This document shows, in pieces, positions 28,888-39,375 of a stretch of DNA of 53,911 nt. Location: positions 1-53,911 of the forward strand of contig CALDSI010000020.1 of NCBI GenBank assembly GCA_937911395.1, read 5' to 3'. This DNA is from an uncultured Labrenzia sp. GTDB taxonomy: Bacteria; Pseudomonadota; Alphaproteobacteria; Rhizobiales; Stappiaceae. The translations under genes were made by a program, and so were the position numbers. Each line of letters opens with the position of its first letter. The first letter of the stretch is position 1. Under the pieces are notes generated by a model. It was not told the DNA's origin. It saw only the letters and a program-made list of their open reading frames with translations, and did not search any database.

Positions 28888-30021
28888 ATGAGAAAAGGTA
28901 TCTGGATTGCTCTTGCGTTCATGGCACTACTAGCCGTGGCCGGGGTGTTGAGCGAGCTGGAAGACACAGCTGATGTCAAATTGACATCAACCGCGCAACC
29001 GCTCCCTCCAGTGACCGTAGTAGATGCTGAAATTGGCACTCATGCCGGGACGGTTACGGTGTTCGCAGAAGTTGCTCCGCGCTGGCAAGTCGATCTGCGG
29101 TCTCGTATCTCTGGCGTTGTCAGCAATCAAGCACCCCTCGCTCTCGCCGGATCCCGGGTATCAAAGGGGGATGTCCTCCTGCAATTGGAAGATGCCCCTT
29201 ACGTGGCCAACCTGGCGGATGCAAAATCGGCTCATGAAAGCTCGAAACTTGATCTTCGAAAGGCACAAAACAAGCACCGCATCGCCTTGAAGGATTGGAC
29301 TGCAGCCAAACCCGGAGAAACACCCCCGGAAATGGCCGTTCACCTTCCGCAAGTTCATGTTGCCGAACGCGCCCTAAAAGCAACAGAGGCGCGCGTCGCA
29401 GCATCCGAATATGACCTGCGCTCCACAACACTGCGGGCCCCCTTTGACGGCATCGTGACCCGGCGCAACGTCAGCCCCGGCGCAACGGTCAATGAAGGGG
29501 ATGTTCTTTTTCAGATCCTGGACGACAGCCTGCTGGATACTCAAGCATCGGTGGGTGCGCATGAGTGGGCACTGTTGTCCAAAAACTGGTCTGACCTGAC
29601 AGTGGATGTGTTTGACGAGCTTGGCTTAAAAATAGGCACTGCAGGGATTCGGGAGAGCGGCGGCTTCCTGGATCCGCAATCACGGAAACATCAGCTTTTT
29701 CTGGAGGTGAAACCTTTGGAAGAGGGCCGTATTCTGCCTGGCGCTTTTGTGGAGCTGCATCTGCCCGTCCGGCCTATCGGAAACGCTCTGCGCATCCCCG
29801 AAAGCGCACTCACCCAGAATGGTTTCGTTTGGCATGTTGATCGCGGCAATCGGCTGCAACACTTCGCGGCACAGCCTCTTTTCCGCGACACAGGAGACGT
29901 CGTGGTTGCCGCTCCGCAAAAGCTAACGCAAGTATCAGGCCTCCGGATCGTTGTGTTTCCGATGAGCGCGTTTTTGCCCGGACGAAAGGTTGCACCGATG
30001 GATCTGGAGCCAAGTAAATGA
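28888..30021 (+). CDS. RND efflux periplasmic adaptor (MFP)
   Basis: N-terminal TM anchor, V.KGDVLLQLE, coiled-coil hairpin, TTLRAPFDGIV, PGAFV, IPESAL. Confidence 0.92.
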   Translation: MRKGIWIALAFMALLAVAGVLSELEDTADVKLTSTAQPLPPVTVVDAEIGTHAGTVTVFAEVAPRWQVDLRSRISGVVSNQAPLALAGSRVSKGDVLLQLEDAPYVANLADAKSAHESSKLDLRKAQNKHRIALKDWTAAKPGETPPEMAVHLPQVHVAERALKATEARVAASEYDLRSTTLRAPFDGIVTRRNVSPGATVNEGDVLFQILDDSLLDTQASVGAHEWALLSKNWSDLTVDVFDELGLKIGTAGIRESGGFLDPQSRKHQLFLEVKPLEEGRILPGAFVELHLPVRPIGNALRIPESALTQNGFVWHVDRGNRLQHFAAQPLFRDTGDVVVAAPQKLTQVSGLRIVVFPMSAFLPGRKVAPMDLEPSK

Positions 30022-33000
30022 ATTGGCTCACAAACTGGTTCATACGTAACCCTGTCGCCGCCAATCTATTGATGGTGTTCATCCTCTTTGCTGGCATCAC
30101 ATCTGTCTTCACCGTGCGGATTGAAGGCTTCCCTAAGATCCCGGCCGACACGGTTACAGTGGCAACATCCTTGCCAAATGCGCACACCGCGCAGGTGGAT
30201 GAGCAGATCACGCGAAAGGTCGAGAAAGCTGTCGAGGGTCTGGAGGGGGTGAAATCGATCAGGTCCCAATCTCAGCCCGGCCTGTCATTGGTTTCGATCC
30301 AAAAAACCGACGGCACAAAACTCCCCAAACTTCTCGACGACGTTCGGTTGAAGGTCGATGGCATCTACGATTTACCAAAAGACGCGCGGCGCCCTGTGAT
30401 CGAAACGAACGACTTCGACCTTCCCGCGCTCTACATCCAGATCTACGGAGACATTGACCTTAAATCCCTCCAAGGGATTGCCCGCGACCTGCGCGCCGAT
30501 CTCTTGGCAAGCCCCGAAATTACCAGGGTCAAGGATTGGGGACTGCGGACGCAGGAAATCTCGATCGAATTCATGCCGGGCACGCTGCAACGTCATGATT
30601 TGACGATTTCAGACGTCATGGAACGCATTCAACAATCGTCTCTTTTCTTTCAAGGCGGAACACTGAGAACAGAGGGCGGTGGCATCACCCTGCGCGCAGA
30701 CAGTCAGGCTTATTCTGTTCGCGACTTCGAAAAGATCCCTGTTGCGACATGGCCAGATGGAACAACCACATCGCTCGGTGAGCTCGCGACGATTATTGAC
30801 GGTTTCGACGAAACTCCGATCGAGACACGTTTCAACCAGAGACCCTCTGTCGGGACGGAGGTTCTGATTGGGCGCAAGGACAATCTTTTGCGAGTTTCGG
30901 ATGCTGCAGAGGCCATTGTCGCCAAAATGCAGGAAAGCTTGCCAGAAAGTGTCCAGATTGCGATCTGGGGCAACTCACGCGACTACATATCTGACCGGCT
31001 TCAACTGTTATCCAGCAGCGCTGTCCAGGGATTGATCCTAGTAGCGTTGATGCTCGCGCTGTTCCTGAACGTGCAGCTTGCCTTCTGGGTCGCAATGGGC
31101 ATTCCGATTTCTTTGGCTGGCGCCTTTGCGGTCTCGACAAGCGGGTGGGTCGACTATTCCCTCAATGACATCACGACATTCGGCTTTATCATCGTGCTCG
31201 GTATCTTGGTCGACGACGCTGTGGTTGTTGGCGAAAGTGTGCACGAGCAGCGGAAAAAGTTCGCCGATCCGATCAAAGGCACGGCGGTCGGCGTGGAAAA
31301 AGTGTCCGTTGCAACTGTCTTCGGTGTGCTGACCACAGTTGCCGCGTTCTTTCCGCTCCTTCTCATTACCAGCCCTTTGGGTAAGGTTCTTGCGGGATTT
31401 GCCGGCGTTGTCATTCTGGCGCTGCTGTTTTCCCTTGTTGAAAGCAAGCTCATCCTGCCGGCGCACCTGGCCCACATAAATCCAGTCCCCAATGATAAAA
31501 ACGGATGGATGACACGCAGTTGGGGCTGGCTTCAAAAAGGTGCCAGGTCCGGATTGCTGGGCTTCCGTGATCGTATCTACGCGCCGATCCTGAGATGGGC
31601 ACTTGTAAATCGTTACGCTGTTTTGATCGCATTTGTTGCCGTGGCGGCCTTGGTTTTCGGGCTCATGGCGAAGGGTCAGATCAAATCTGTTTTCTTCCCG
31701 AACGTGCCGGGCCAAGTGATCTCAGTGTCCCTTCAAATGGATCAGAGAGCACCGGCGCCACTCACGCGGAAAAACGTTGCGCGGCTTGAAGAAGCTGCTG
31801 TGGCGCTCAACCAGGATCCGGAGCTGATCACGGCCAATGGCAGTGGAACCGTTGCGCATGTGTTTGCGTTTGTCACCGGCGCGACAACGGCTGAGCTTTA
31901 TATGGAAGTGATACCGTCTGCCGACCGCCCTCACCTGAGCACCAGCGACATCCTGGAAGCATGGAAGTCGCGTGTTGCCGCTCTGGAAGGCGTCTCGGAA
32001 ATCACCTTTTCTGCATTTGAAGACTTTGGTGGCGGTTTCCAGATCCGCCTTATGGCAAAGGATCAACAGGTGCTTGAGGCCGCAAGTCTGGAGGTCCGTG
32101 ACCGGCTTGACCGTATCAGCGGAGTTTCCAACACCCGGGACAGTCTGCTCACCGGCCAGCCGGAGCTGCGGTTACGCCTGAGGCCAGAAGCAAAGTCGCT
32201 GGGCTTTACTTCGGAGAGCCTCGCGCGTCAGATCGGATATGCTTTCGGCGGCGGAGAAGCTCAGCGGATCCAGAGGGGGGATGCCGAAGTCCGTGTGGTC
32301 GTCCGCAACGCATTTACCGCGCGGGATCGCATTGAAGACCTGATGGAGATACAGCTCAAAAGCACAAAAGGCCAGTGGATCCCTCTATCGACTGTGGCTG
32401 AAATCACGCCCAGCTATGTTGCGGACCAAATCATAAGGCGCAACGGCGCCTTGATCACAACCGTGATGGCGGACATTAACCGGAATATCGCGGCGCCTGA
32501 AGAGGTCGCGGAAACCATCTTTGGAGAGTTCTCCCAAGATCTAGAAGCCAAATATCCTGGCCTCAAAATCGACGCTGGCGGTGAACTGGAGGAAATCGGC
32601 GAGATGCGCGGCGGGCTTTTGCGCGCCTTTCTGATAGCCGGTCTATTAATTTACATATTGATGGCAGTGCCGCTGAAATCCTACTGGAAGCCGGTCATTA
32701 TCATGTCCGTGATTCCATTTGGTTTCGTTGGTGCGGTACTCGGGCACGCAGTGATGGATCTGCCCTTTTCTTTGCTGTCGTTTTTTGGCGTGCTCGCCTT
32801 GATTGGGGTCGTGGTGAACGATTCTTTAGTGATGATGACCCACTATGTACAGGCTCGAGAGGAAGGCACCGAACATGAAGATGCTGTCTTCAACTGCGGC
32901 GTTGCGCGCTTTCAGGCCATCTTCCTAACGACAGCGACCACAGTCGTTGGCCTCATTCCCCTCACGAGCGAAACATCCGAACAGGCGCGCTACTTGATAC

Positions 33001-33179
33001 CAGCCGCAGTCTCCCTCGCCTATGGCGAAGTTTTCGCGACACTGATTACCCTAATACTTATCCCGGTCTTACTGTCTATTGGCAATGACATCCGCAAGCT
33101 GTTGAACCCGGCCAACAGCTTCAGACGACCAAAACACAGCCACACAAAAAGCACAGCAATCACGGCAACAAATCACTAA
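30018..33179 (+). CDS. RND efflux permease (AcrB/AcrD/AcrF family)
   Basis: WFIRNPVAANLLM, GILVDDAVVVGE, RFQAIFLTTATT. 1053 aa. ATGA overlap with the MFP. Confidence 0.95.
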   Translation: MNWLTNWFIRNPVAANLLMVFILFAGITSVFTVRIEGFPKIPADTVTVATSLPNAHTAQVDEQITRKVEKAVEGLEGVKSIRSQSQPGLSLVSIQKTDGTKLPKLLDDVRLKVDGIYDLPKDARRPVIETNDFDLPALYIQIYGDIDLKSLQGIARDLRADLLASPEITRVKDWGLRTQEISIEFMPGTLQRHDLTISDVMERIQQSSLFFQGGTLRTEGGGITLRADSQAYSVRDFEKIPVATWPDGTTTSLGELATIIDGFDETPIETRFNQRPSVGTEVLIGRKDNLLRVSDAAEAIVAKMQESLPESVQIAIWGNSRDYISDRLQLLSSSAVQGLILVALMLALFLNVQLAFWVAMGIPISLAGAFAVSTSGWVDYSLNDITTFGFIIVLGILVDDAVVVGESVHEQRKKFADPIKGTAVGVEKVSVATVFGVLTTVAAFFPLLLITSPLGKVLAGFAGVVILALLFSLVESKLILPAHLAHINPVPNDKNGWMTRSWGWLQKGARSGLLGFRDRIYAPILRWALVNRYAVLIAFVAVAALVFGLMAKGQIKSVFFPNVPGQVISVSLQMDQRAPAPLTRKNVARLEEAAVALNQDPELITANGSGTVAHVFAFVTGATTAELYMEVIPSADRPHLSTSDILEAWKSRVAALEGVSEITFSAFEDFGGGFQIRLMAKDQQVLEAASLEVRDRLDRISGVSNTRDSLLTGQPELRLRLRPEAKSLGFTSESLARQIGYAFGGGEAQRIQRGDAEVRVVVRNAFTARDRIEDLMEIQLKSTKGQWIPLSTVAEITPSYVADQIIRRNGALITTVMADINRNIAAPEEVAETIFGEFSQDLEAKYPGLKIDAGGELEEIGEMRGGLLRAFLIAGLLIYILMAVPLKSYWKPVIIMSVIPFGFVGAVLGHAVMDLPFSLLSFFGVLALIGVVVNDSLVMMTHYVQAREEGTEHEDAVFNCGVARFQAIFLTTATTVVGLIPLTSETSEQARYLIPAAVSLAYGEVFATLITLILIPVLLSIGNDIRKLLNPANSFRRPKHSHTKSTAITATNH

Positions 33180-33525
33180 GACAGCTTACGAAGTAACCCA
33201 AGAGTGTGTCGCGAGTTGTGCACACCCTGCCAATCTAACGGCTAATGCGCAAGTGATTCTGACGCACACCTGGTCACATCGGCAATGGAAACACGAAAGA
33301 CGCTGCGTCATGTCGGAAAATGCATAATTTGAACCACTTCGTAGATCTACTTAACCCTTGACTCCCACCAGCCATAGGGGTCTGTTACCGCCAGGATGCC
33401 GCAGGGTGGCTGGCGCTTAATGCCAACTGACCAATGACCTTGCGAGTAAGTCCGTACAGGCAAACTGGGTATCATCATAAGATCACGCCGGGAAACGGCC
33501 CCAGTGACAACCGAAGGGGAAAAAT

Positions 33526-35109
33526 ATGACGAAGACTTTCCTGAAATTGACTGCTGCAAGTGTAGCCCTTTGTGCCGGGCTGAGCGCAGTAAACGCTGAG
33601 ACGCTGCGCTGGGCGCGTGCTGGCGACTCTCTGACGCTGGACCCGCATGCTCAGAACGAGGGCCCGACCCACACGCTTGCGCACCAGATGTATGAGCCGC
33701 TCCTGCAGCGCGACATGGAAGCACAGATCATTCCGGCACTCGCAACCAGCTGGGAGCCGACCGAAGATCCGACCGTTTGGGAATTCAAGCTCCGTGAAGG
33801 TGTAAAGTTCCATGGCGGCGAAGACTTCACCGCTGACGACGTTGTGTTCTCCTTCAAGCGCGCCATGATGCCTACATCCGCGATGAAGGAGTTGCTGAAC
33901 TCTATCAAGGATGTGCGCAAGGTCGACGACTACACTGTCCATTTTGAGACAGACGGCCCGAACCCGCTTCTTCCGAACAACATGACGAACCTGTTTATCA
34001 TGGATTCCGGTTGGGCAACCGACAACGGCTGTGAAGCACCGCAGGACATCGCTAACGGCGGTGACAACCCGTGTGTGCGCGCAGTCAACGGAACCGGCGC
34101 ATTTACCCTGGAGAGCCGCAAGCAGGATTCCGAAACCATCCTGAAGCAGAACCCGAACTACTGGGGCAAAGGCGAGTTCCCGCTGGAAGTTACTGAAATC
34201 ATCTACACCCCGATCCAGGAAGGCGCGACCCGCGTGTCCGCTCTTTTGTCCGGTGAAGTGGACCTGATTCAGGACGTTCCGGTACAGGATTTGCCGATCG
34301 TTGAGCGGACCGATGGGTTGAAGCTCAACACTGCAGCTCAGAACCGGACAATCTTCTTCGGTATGAACCAGGGCGCTGACGACCTGACAAGCGACACGGT
34401 CGACGGCAAAAACCCGCTCGCCGACAACCGCGTTCGTGAAGCAATGAACATCGCTCTCAACCGCGATGCGATCAAGAAAATCGTCATGCGCGATCAGTCT
34501 GCACCGACCGGCGTGATTATGCCTCCGTTCGTCAACGGCTGGACCGAAGCGCTGGACGCTTATCCAGAGTATGATGTTGCTAAGGCGCGGGCTTTGATGG
34601 AAGAAGCAGGTTATGGCGATGGCTTCGGTATCACCTTGAACTGCCCGAATGATAGATACATCAACGACGAAGGCATTTGCCAAGCTGCTGTTGGCATGCT
34701 TGGACAGATCGGTGTCAAGGTTAACCTCGACGCAAAGCCGAAGGCCCAGCACTTCCCGCTCATCCAAAACAAAGAGACAGACTTCTACATGCTTGGCTGG
34801 GGCGTTCCGACGTTCGACTCAGAATACATCTTCAACTTCCTGACGCACACCACGACCGACAAACTCGGTTCCTGGAACGCAACCGGCTACTCCAACCCGG
34901 ATCTGGATGCAAAAATCGCAAGCCTTGCATCTGAAACAGATCAGGAAGTCCGCAATGCCACGATTGCTGAAATCTGGGATACTGTGAAGTCTGAGAACCT
35001 GTACCTGCCGATCCACAATCAGGTCCTGAACTGGGGCATGGCAGATAAAGTCAACTTTGCGGTACAGCCTGAAGATCAGCCGCACTTTAAGTTCCTGACC
35101 TTCAACTAA
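33526..35109 (+). CDS. Peptide/nickel ABC substrate-binding protein (family 5, DppA-like)
   Basis: Signal peptide, TLDPH, PALATSWE, LREGVKFHGG..FTADDVVFS, NGTGAF, RVREAM. Confidence 0.93.
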   Translation: MTKTFLKLTAASVALCAGLSAVNAETLRWARAGDSLTLDPHAQNEGPTHTLAHQMYEPLLQRDMEAQIIPALATSWEPTEDPTVWEFKLREGVKFHGGEDFTADDVVFSFKRAMMPTSAMKELLNSIKDVRKVDDYTVHFETDGPNPLLPNNMTNLFIMDSGWATDNGCEAPQDIANGGDNPCVRAVNGTGAFTLESRKQDSETILKQNPNYWGKGEFPLEVTEIIYTPIQEGATRVSALLSGEVDLIQDVPVQDLPIVERTDGLKLNTAAQNRTIFFGMNQGADDLTSDTVDGKNPLADNRVREAMNIALNRDAIKKIVMRDQSAPTGVIMPPFVNGWTEALDAYPEYDVAKARALMEEAGYGDGFGITLNCPNDRYINDEGICQAAVGMLGQIGVKVNLDAKPKAQHFPLIQNKETDFYMLGWGVPTFDSEYIFNFLTHTTTDKLGSWNATGYSNPDLDAKIASLASETDQEVRNATIAEIWDTVKSENLYLPIHNQVLNWGMADKVNFAVQPEDQPHFKFLTFN

Positions 35110-35124
35110 GAGACCCGCGCTTGC

Positions 35125-35164
35125 AACACCGTACCGGATGAAGTTCATCTGGTACGGTGTTTTT
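35125..35164 (+). terminator. Strong stem-loop after the SBP gene (terminator or mRNA stabiliser)
   Basis: AACACCGTACCGGATGAA-G-TTCATCTGGTACGGTGTT followed by T residues. Confidence 0.8.
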
Positions 35165-35328
35165 GTTTAAGCTTGCCTGAATAATGAGATGCGCTGCTTT
35201 TCTGCAAGTTTCACGTTTGAAACGTTGGGAAATCGGTGGACTCTCAAAACCACGCAAGTATAAGCACTCTTGTAAAGAAGACTTATCAGTCTGGCGCGCT
35301 CGCTTCAGATTTCCGATTGGCTTGTAAA

Positions 35329-36300
35329 ATGTTTGCTTTCATCATCCGCCGTCTTGGTCAGGCACTTCTCGTGCTAATGGCCGTAGGTTTTGTTTCATTT
35401 GCCATGTTTAAATTCATGGGCGATCCCGTGGAAAACATGCTTGGTCAGGAAGCGACAGCTGCCGATCGTGCAGAGCTTGAAGAACGGCTTGGACTGAATG
35501 ACCCGATTGTCGTTCAATACGTTCGCTATTTTCAACGGGCTCTAACTGGCGACTTTGGGGTTTCCTATCGTGTAGGCTTGCCGGTGGGTGAAGTTATTCT
35601 GGAGCGATTGCCCGCAACACTCGAATTGGCTTTCCTGTCGGGTGTTATCGCGATTTCACTTGGGTTTATTTTGGGGGTGTACACCGCCATTCGGCGAGAT
35701 GGCTATCTCGCGAATTTTATTATGACGGCTTCACTTATTGGCGTGTCACTTCCAACGTTTCTGATCGGGGTTTTTCTGATTTGGCTGTTTGCCGTTAAGT
35801 TGGGTTGGCTGCCATCGTTCGGACGCGGTGAAACCAGAAGCTTGTTCGGCGTCGATTTGGCAATCCTTACCTGGAATGGCTTCAAGTCAATGATCCTGCC
35901 AGCGGTGACACTTGGCCTCTATCAAATGACGCTCATCATGCGCCTCGTTCGCGCGGAAATGCTGGAGGTTCTTCGAACCGACTATATCCGTTTCGCAAAA
36001 GCACGAGGCCTGAGCCAACGGTCAGTTAATTTCGGACATGCAATGAAAAACACTCTTGTGCCGGTAATTACGGTTACAGGCTTGCAGTTTGGATCAATTG
36101 TCGCCTTCGCAATCATCACGGAGAGCGTATTTCAGTGGCCAGGTGTTGGTCTTCTGTTCATCAACGCAGTCAGCTTTGTTGATATCCCAGTGATGTCTGC
36201 ATACTTGCTTTTAGTTGCGGTGATCTTCGTAACAGTCAATCTAATCGTAGATATGCTTTACTATGCTATCGACCCACGCCTAAGCGTTCGCAGCAACTAG
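35329..36300 (+). CDS. Peptide ABC permease, DppB/OppB-like
   Basis: FIIRRL, GDFGVSY, RLPATLEL, DYIRFAKARGL, ESVFQWPGVG, DPR. Confidence 0.93.
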   Translation: MFAFIIRRLGQALLVLMAVGFVSFAMFKFMGDPVENMLGQEATAADRAELEERLGLNDPIVVQYVRYFQRALTGDFGVSYRVGLPVGEVILERLPATLELAFLSGVIAISLGFILGVYTAIRRDGYLANFIMTASLIGVSLPTFLIGVFLIWLFAVKLGWLPSFGRGETRSLFGVDLAILTWNGFKSMILPAVTLGLYQMTLIMRLVRAEMLEVLRTDYIRFAKARGLSQRSVNFGHAMKNTLVPVITVTGLQFGSIVAFAIITESVFQWPGVGLLFINAVSFVDIPVMSAYLLLVAVIFVTVNLIVDMLYYAIDPRLSVRSN

Positions 36301-36315
36301 ATCAAAGAGACGACC

Positions 36316-37290
36316 ATGGACAATCAGTCATCAAACGCTGTCGAGGCGCAGTCTGAACCGAATGTCGTTTCGGCACCATCAACGCTTCAACGTTGGGCGC
36401 AATCCGACATTTGGTATTCCTACAAACGTTCGCCGATCATAATCGTGTCATCGATTACATTTACGCTACTTATATTTGGCGCTGTGTTCTCCGCGCTGCT
36501 GTCTCCATATACGCCCTTCGATCCATCAAGCCTTAATTTGATGAATGGGTTTACCAAGCCGCTCTCAACCAATGAATTCACTGGCGATTACTTTTTGCTA
36601 GGGACGGACGATCAAGGTCGTGACGTTTTCTCAACGATACTATTTGGACTGCGGATTTCACTATTCGTTGGTGTCGTGGCTGTACTATTTGCAATGAGCC
36701 TTGGGGTCGTGCTTGGATTGATCTCCGGCTATATCGGGGGTTGGATTGACGGTGTCATAATGCGCATCGCGGACATCCAAATGACGTTCCCATCCATCAT
36801 GGTAGCCATGTTGCTCTACGGTATCGGCAAGGGTCTTATCCCACCCGATCTGAGGGATGAGATGGCAATCTGGGTATTGATCATCTCCATTGGTCTTTCC
36901 GAATGGGTCCAGTTTGCACGGACAGTTCGCGGGGCGACGATGGTTGAACGCGAAAAAGAGTACATCCAGGCCGGGCGGCTTATTGGCCTCTCCCGCTGGA
37001 CCATCATGCTTCGCCATATTCTGCCGAATGTTACAGGCCCAATTCTTGTGATTGCTACTATTAGTCTTGCATTGGCAATCATCGCGGAGGCCACATTGAG
37101 CTTCTTGGGCGTGGGCGCGCCCAAAACTGAGCCGTCACTTGGCACATTGATTAACGTTGGACGGCAGTACATCCTTTCCGGCGAATGGTGGATCCTACTT
37201 TTTCCATCGCTTACTCTTTTGGCCCTGGCTTTGTCGGTCAACTTGTTTGGCGACTGGCTCCGTGATGTTCTGAACCCAAAATTGCGCTGA
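36316..37290 (+). CDS. Peptide ABC permease, DppC/OppC-like
   Basis: LGTDDQGRDVFS, EYIQAG, RHILPN, EATLSFLG, GDWLRD.LNPK. Confidence 0.93.
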   Translation: MDNQSSNAVEAQSEPNVVSAPSTLQRWAQSDIWYSYKRSPIIIVSSITFTLLIFGAVFSALLSPYTPFDPSSLNLMNGFTKPLSTNEFTGDYFLLGTDDQGRDVFSTILFGLRISLFVGVVAVLFAMSLGVVLGLISGYIGGWIDGVIMRIADIQMTFPSIMVAMLLYGIGKGLIPPDLRDEMAIWVLIISIGLSEWVQFARTVRGATMVEREKEYIQAGRLIGLSRWTIMLRHILPNVTGPILVIATISLALAIIAEATLSFLGVGAPKTEPSLGTLINVGRQYILSGEWWILLFPSLTLLALALSVNLFGDWLRDVLNPKLR

Positions 37291-37393
37291 AGGCAAAAGG
37301 CGCAAATTCCAAAATCTTATTTTGGGTTTCCGTTGGTAAGTGCGCAGACACGGCCCCTCCATGGAGATACGCAGACAGTGTCTCTGGAAAAAG

Positions 37394-37639
37394 ATGCACC
37401 CGATCGACAAGCCATCCGGGTGCATCTTCCACCTCCATTGAACACTAGTAAATCGGCCGTTTTGACTGAAACGTCCAATGATGCTCCAACACTTAGAAGC
37501 GATCAGCTTTGGGCGTGAAATCGATCCTGATTTTACGCCCGCTGATCTAACCGAAAACCGCTTCCGACTGGAACGCGCCGCGGTCCGCGAGTTCGACAAT
37601 GGCAACGCAAAAGTCGCTTGCCACCTCTGCACCGCGTAG
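37394..37639 (+). pseudogene. Degraded C-terminal remnant of a DppD/DppF-type peptide ABC ATPase
   Basis: PIDKPSGCIFH (37400-37432) resembles PxxxPSGCxFHPRC. AKVACHL followed by TAG at 37637 is the typical terminus. No Walker A/B remains. Confidence 0.55.
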
Positions 37640-37722
37640 CTTGCACCGGCCTTCGCATTCCGTTTTCTTGAGAGCTAAGCTGTTTTTAAGCTAGTCTAAC
37701 CTCCAAGCAGAATGACGAAGGC

Positions 37723-38361
37723 CTGATCATCCAATCTGACGCACACAGCCAAGCCGCTACCAAGAAACCGCTTCAGCAGAAAAGAAGCGAGGCAACCCGC
37801 ACCAAAATTTTGAGCGCTGCTGTCGATGTTCTCATCGAACTGGGCCTTTCCAAAACAACAACCTTGGAAGTCCAAAAACGCGCTGGTGTCAGTCGAGGCG
37901 CGCTTCTGCACCATTTCCCAACACACGCCGATCTGTTGTCCATGACGATCAGCCGGTTGATTGAACTCAATGAGACCGCGGTCTGGAGCGAAGCTGAAAA
38001 GCTCAAAGATATAGCCGACCCACTCACAAGATCTGTACGCACACTTGCCAACGCCTACGCGCACCCTTCCTTTGTTGCAGAACTGGAACTTTGGATTGCC
38101 TCCCGTGCAGACCCAGCGCTTCGCACGGCTCTCAGAACTGCCGAACAAGACGCCATTGCAGACCGTGATCGCGTCCTCATACAGCTTTTTGAGGGTCTGC
38201 TTGATCAGCCTGGAGCCCGGAAGGCAATCGATTTGACGATCGAGTTTATACGAGGCCTCACCATTTCCTCTCTGTTGAGGAATGACCAAACCCTCCGTAA
38301 TCAGTTGATCGAAGACTGGATCAAGACTCTCAGGAACCTTCTGATTGCAGATCCCACATAG
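37723..38361 (+). CDS. TetR/AcrR family regulator (start uncertain)
   Basis: [50 protein letters not shown]. Frame open from 37690 but with no in-frame ATG/GTG/TTG before 37810. Confidence 0.85.
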   Translation: MIIQSDAHSQAATKKPLQQKRSEATRTKILSAAVDVLIELGLSKTTTLEVQKRAGVSRGALLHHFPTHADLLSMTISRLIELNETAVWSEAEKLKDIADPLTRSVRTLANAYAHPSFVAELELWIASRADPALRTALRTAEQDAIADRDRVLIQLFEGLLDQPGARKAIDLTIEFIRGLTISSLLRNDQTLRNQLIEDWIKTLRNLLIADPT

Positions 38362-38459
38362 TTGGTCATACTCAATACAAAAATAAACAGTCAGCGTTGA
38401 CTGCTTTTCTTTCGATTGCGAATATGAAACCTGCTCAACGGTCTTGGGAGGAGGATTGC

Positions 38460-39365
38460 ATGCCCGCGTTTTCAACACTGAGTATTGACCTCTGTCCGGG
38501 AAATGAACGTGTTGCCAGACTGCTGCTGGACCGGCCGGAGCGGTTCAATGCGATCAATGATGATACCCCCCGGGAAATTCGCGCAGCTGTTGAGTGGGCC
38601 GAAAACAACAAGGAGGTCCATGTCATCATTGTAGAAGGCGCGGGAAAAGGCTTCTGCGGTGGCTACGATCTGACACACTATGCCGAAAATGATGCCGACC
38701 ATCCTTGCCAGCAAGAAAGCGACCCTTGGGATCCCATGGTCGACTATGCGGTGATGAAGCGGAATACAGAAGACTTCATGTCGCTTTGGCGCTGCAGAAA
38801 ACCGACGATTGCCAAAGTCCACGGCGCTGCCGTAGCCGGTGGCAGCGATATCGCCCTATGCTGCGATCTACTGGTCATGGCAGAGGACGCACGCATTGGG
38901 TATATGCCGACCCGCGTCTGGGGATGCCCCACCACCGCAATGTGGACATACCGCCTTGGTCCCGCACGGGCCAAGCAACTGATGTTCACCGGCGATCTGA
39001 TCACAGGCACAACGGCTGCCGAGTGGGGACTGGCCAACATCTCGTGTCCGGCGGATGATTTGGATGAAAAAACAAACGCGCTTGCATCACGGATCGCAGG
39101 CGTTCCATCCAGCCATCTTGCCATGCACAAGATGGTCGTCAATCAGATCATGCTGACCATGGGACTGGAACAGGCTCAAATGTCAGCAACGATCTTTGAC
39201 GGCATCACCCGGCACAATCCGGAAGGCCTGTGGTTCCGGCGTTACGCACAGACGGAAGGTTTCAAGGCAGCGATAAACTGGCGAGACGGCGGCCGCCAGA
39301 TCCCTGAGGGCGATGAAGCCCGCGCACTCATCCGTGAAATGGACGAAAAACTGCAGGCCCGATAG
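38460..39365 (+). CDS. Enoyl-CoA hydratase/crotonase family protein
   Basis: [45 protein letters not shown] at 38460 after GGAGGAGG. Confidence 0.9.
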   Translation: MPAFSTLSIDLCPGNERVARLLLDRPERFNAINDDTPREIRAAVEWAENNKEVHVIIVEGAGKGFCGGYDLTHYAENDADHPCQQESDPWDPMVDYAVMKRNTEDFMSLWRCRKPTIAKVHGAAVAGGSDIALCCDLLVMAEDARIGYMPTRVWGCPTTAMWTYRLGPARAKQLMFTGDLITGTTAAEWGLANISCPADDLDEKTNALASRIAGVPSSHLAMHKMVVNQIMLTMGLEQAQMSATIFDGITRHNPEGLWFRRYAQTEGFKAAINWRDGGRQIPEGDEARALIREMDEKLQAR

Positions 39366-39375
39366 CCGACCTGTT

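Noticed and set aside
33180-33525. Possible riboswitch in the long leader of the peptide SBP
   Set aside because: No aptamer consensus I recognise (cobalamin, glycine, SAM, TPP). An Infernal scan would be needed.
33475-34767. 430-aa minus-strand ORF
   Set aside because: Antisense shadow of the codon-biased peptide SBP gene.
37696-38478. 260-aa minus-strand ORF
   Set aside because: Antisense to the TetR gene, which carries the clear helix-turn-helix motif.
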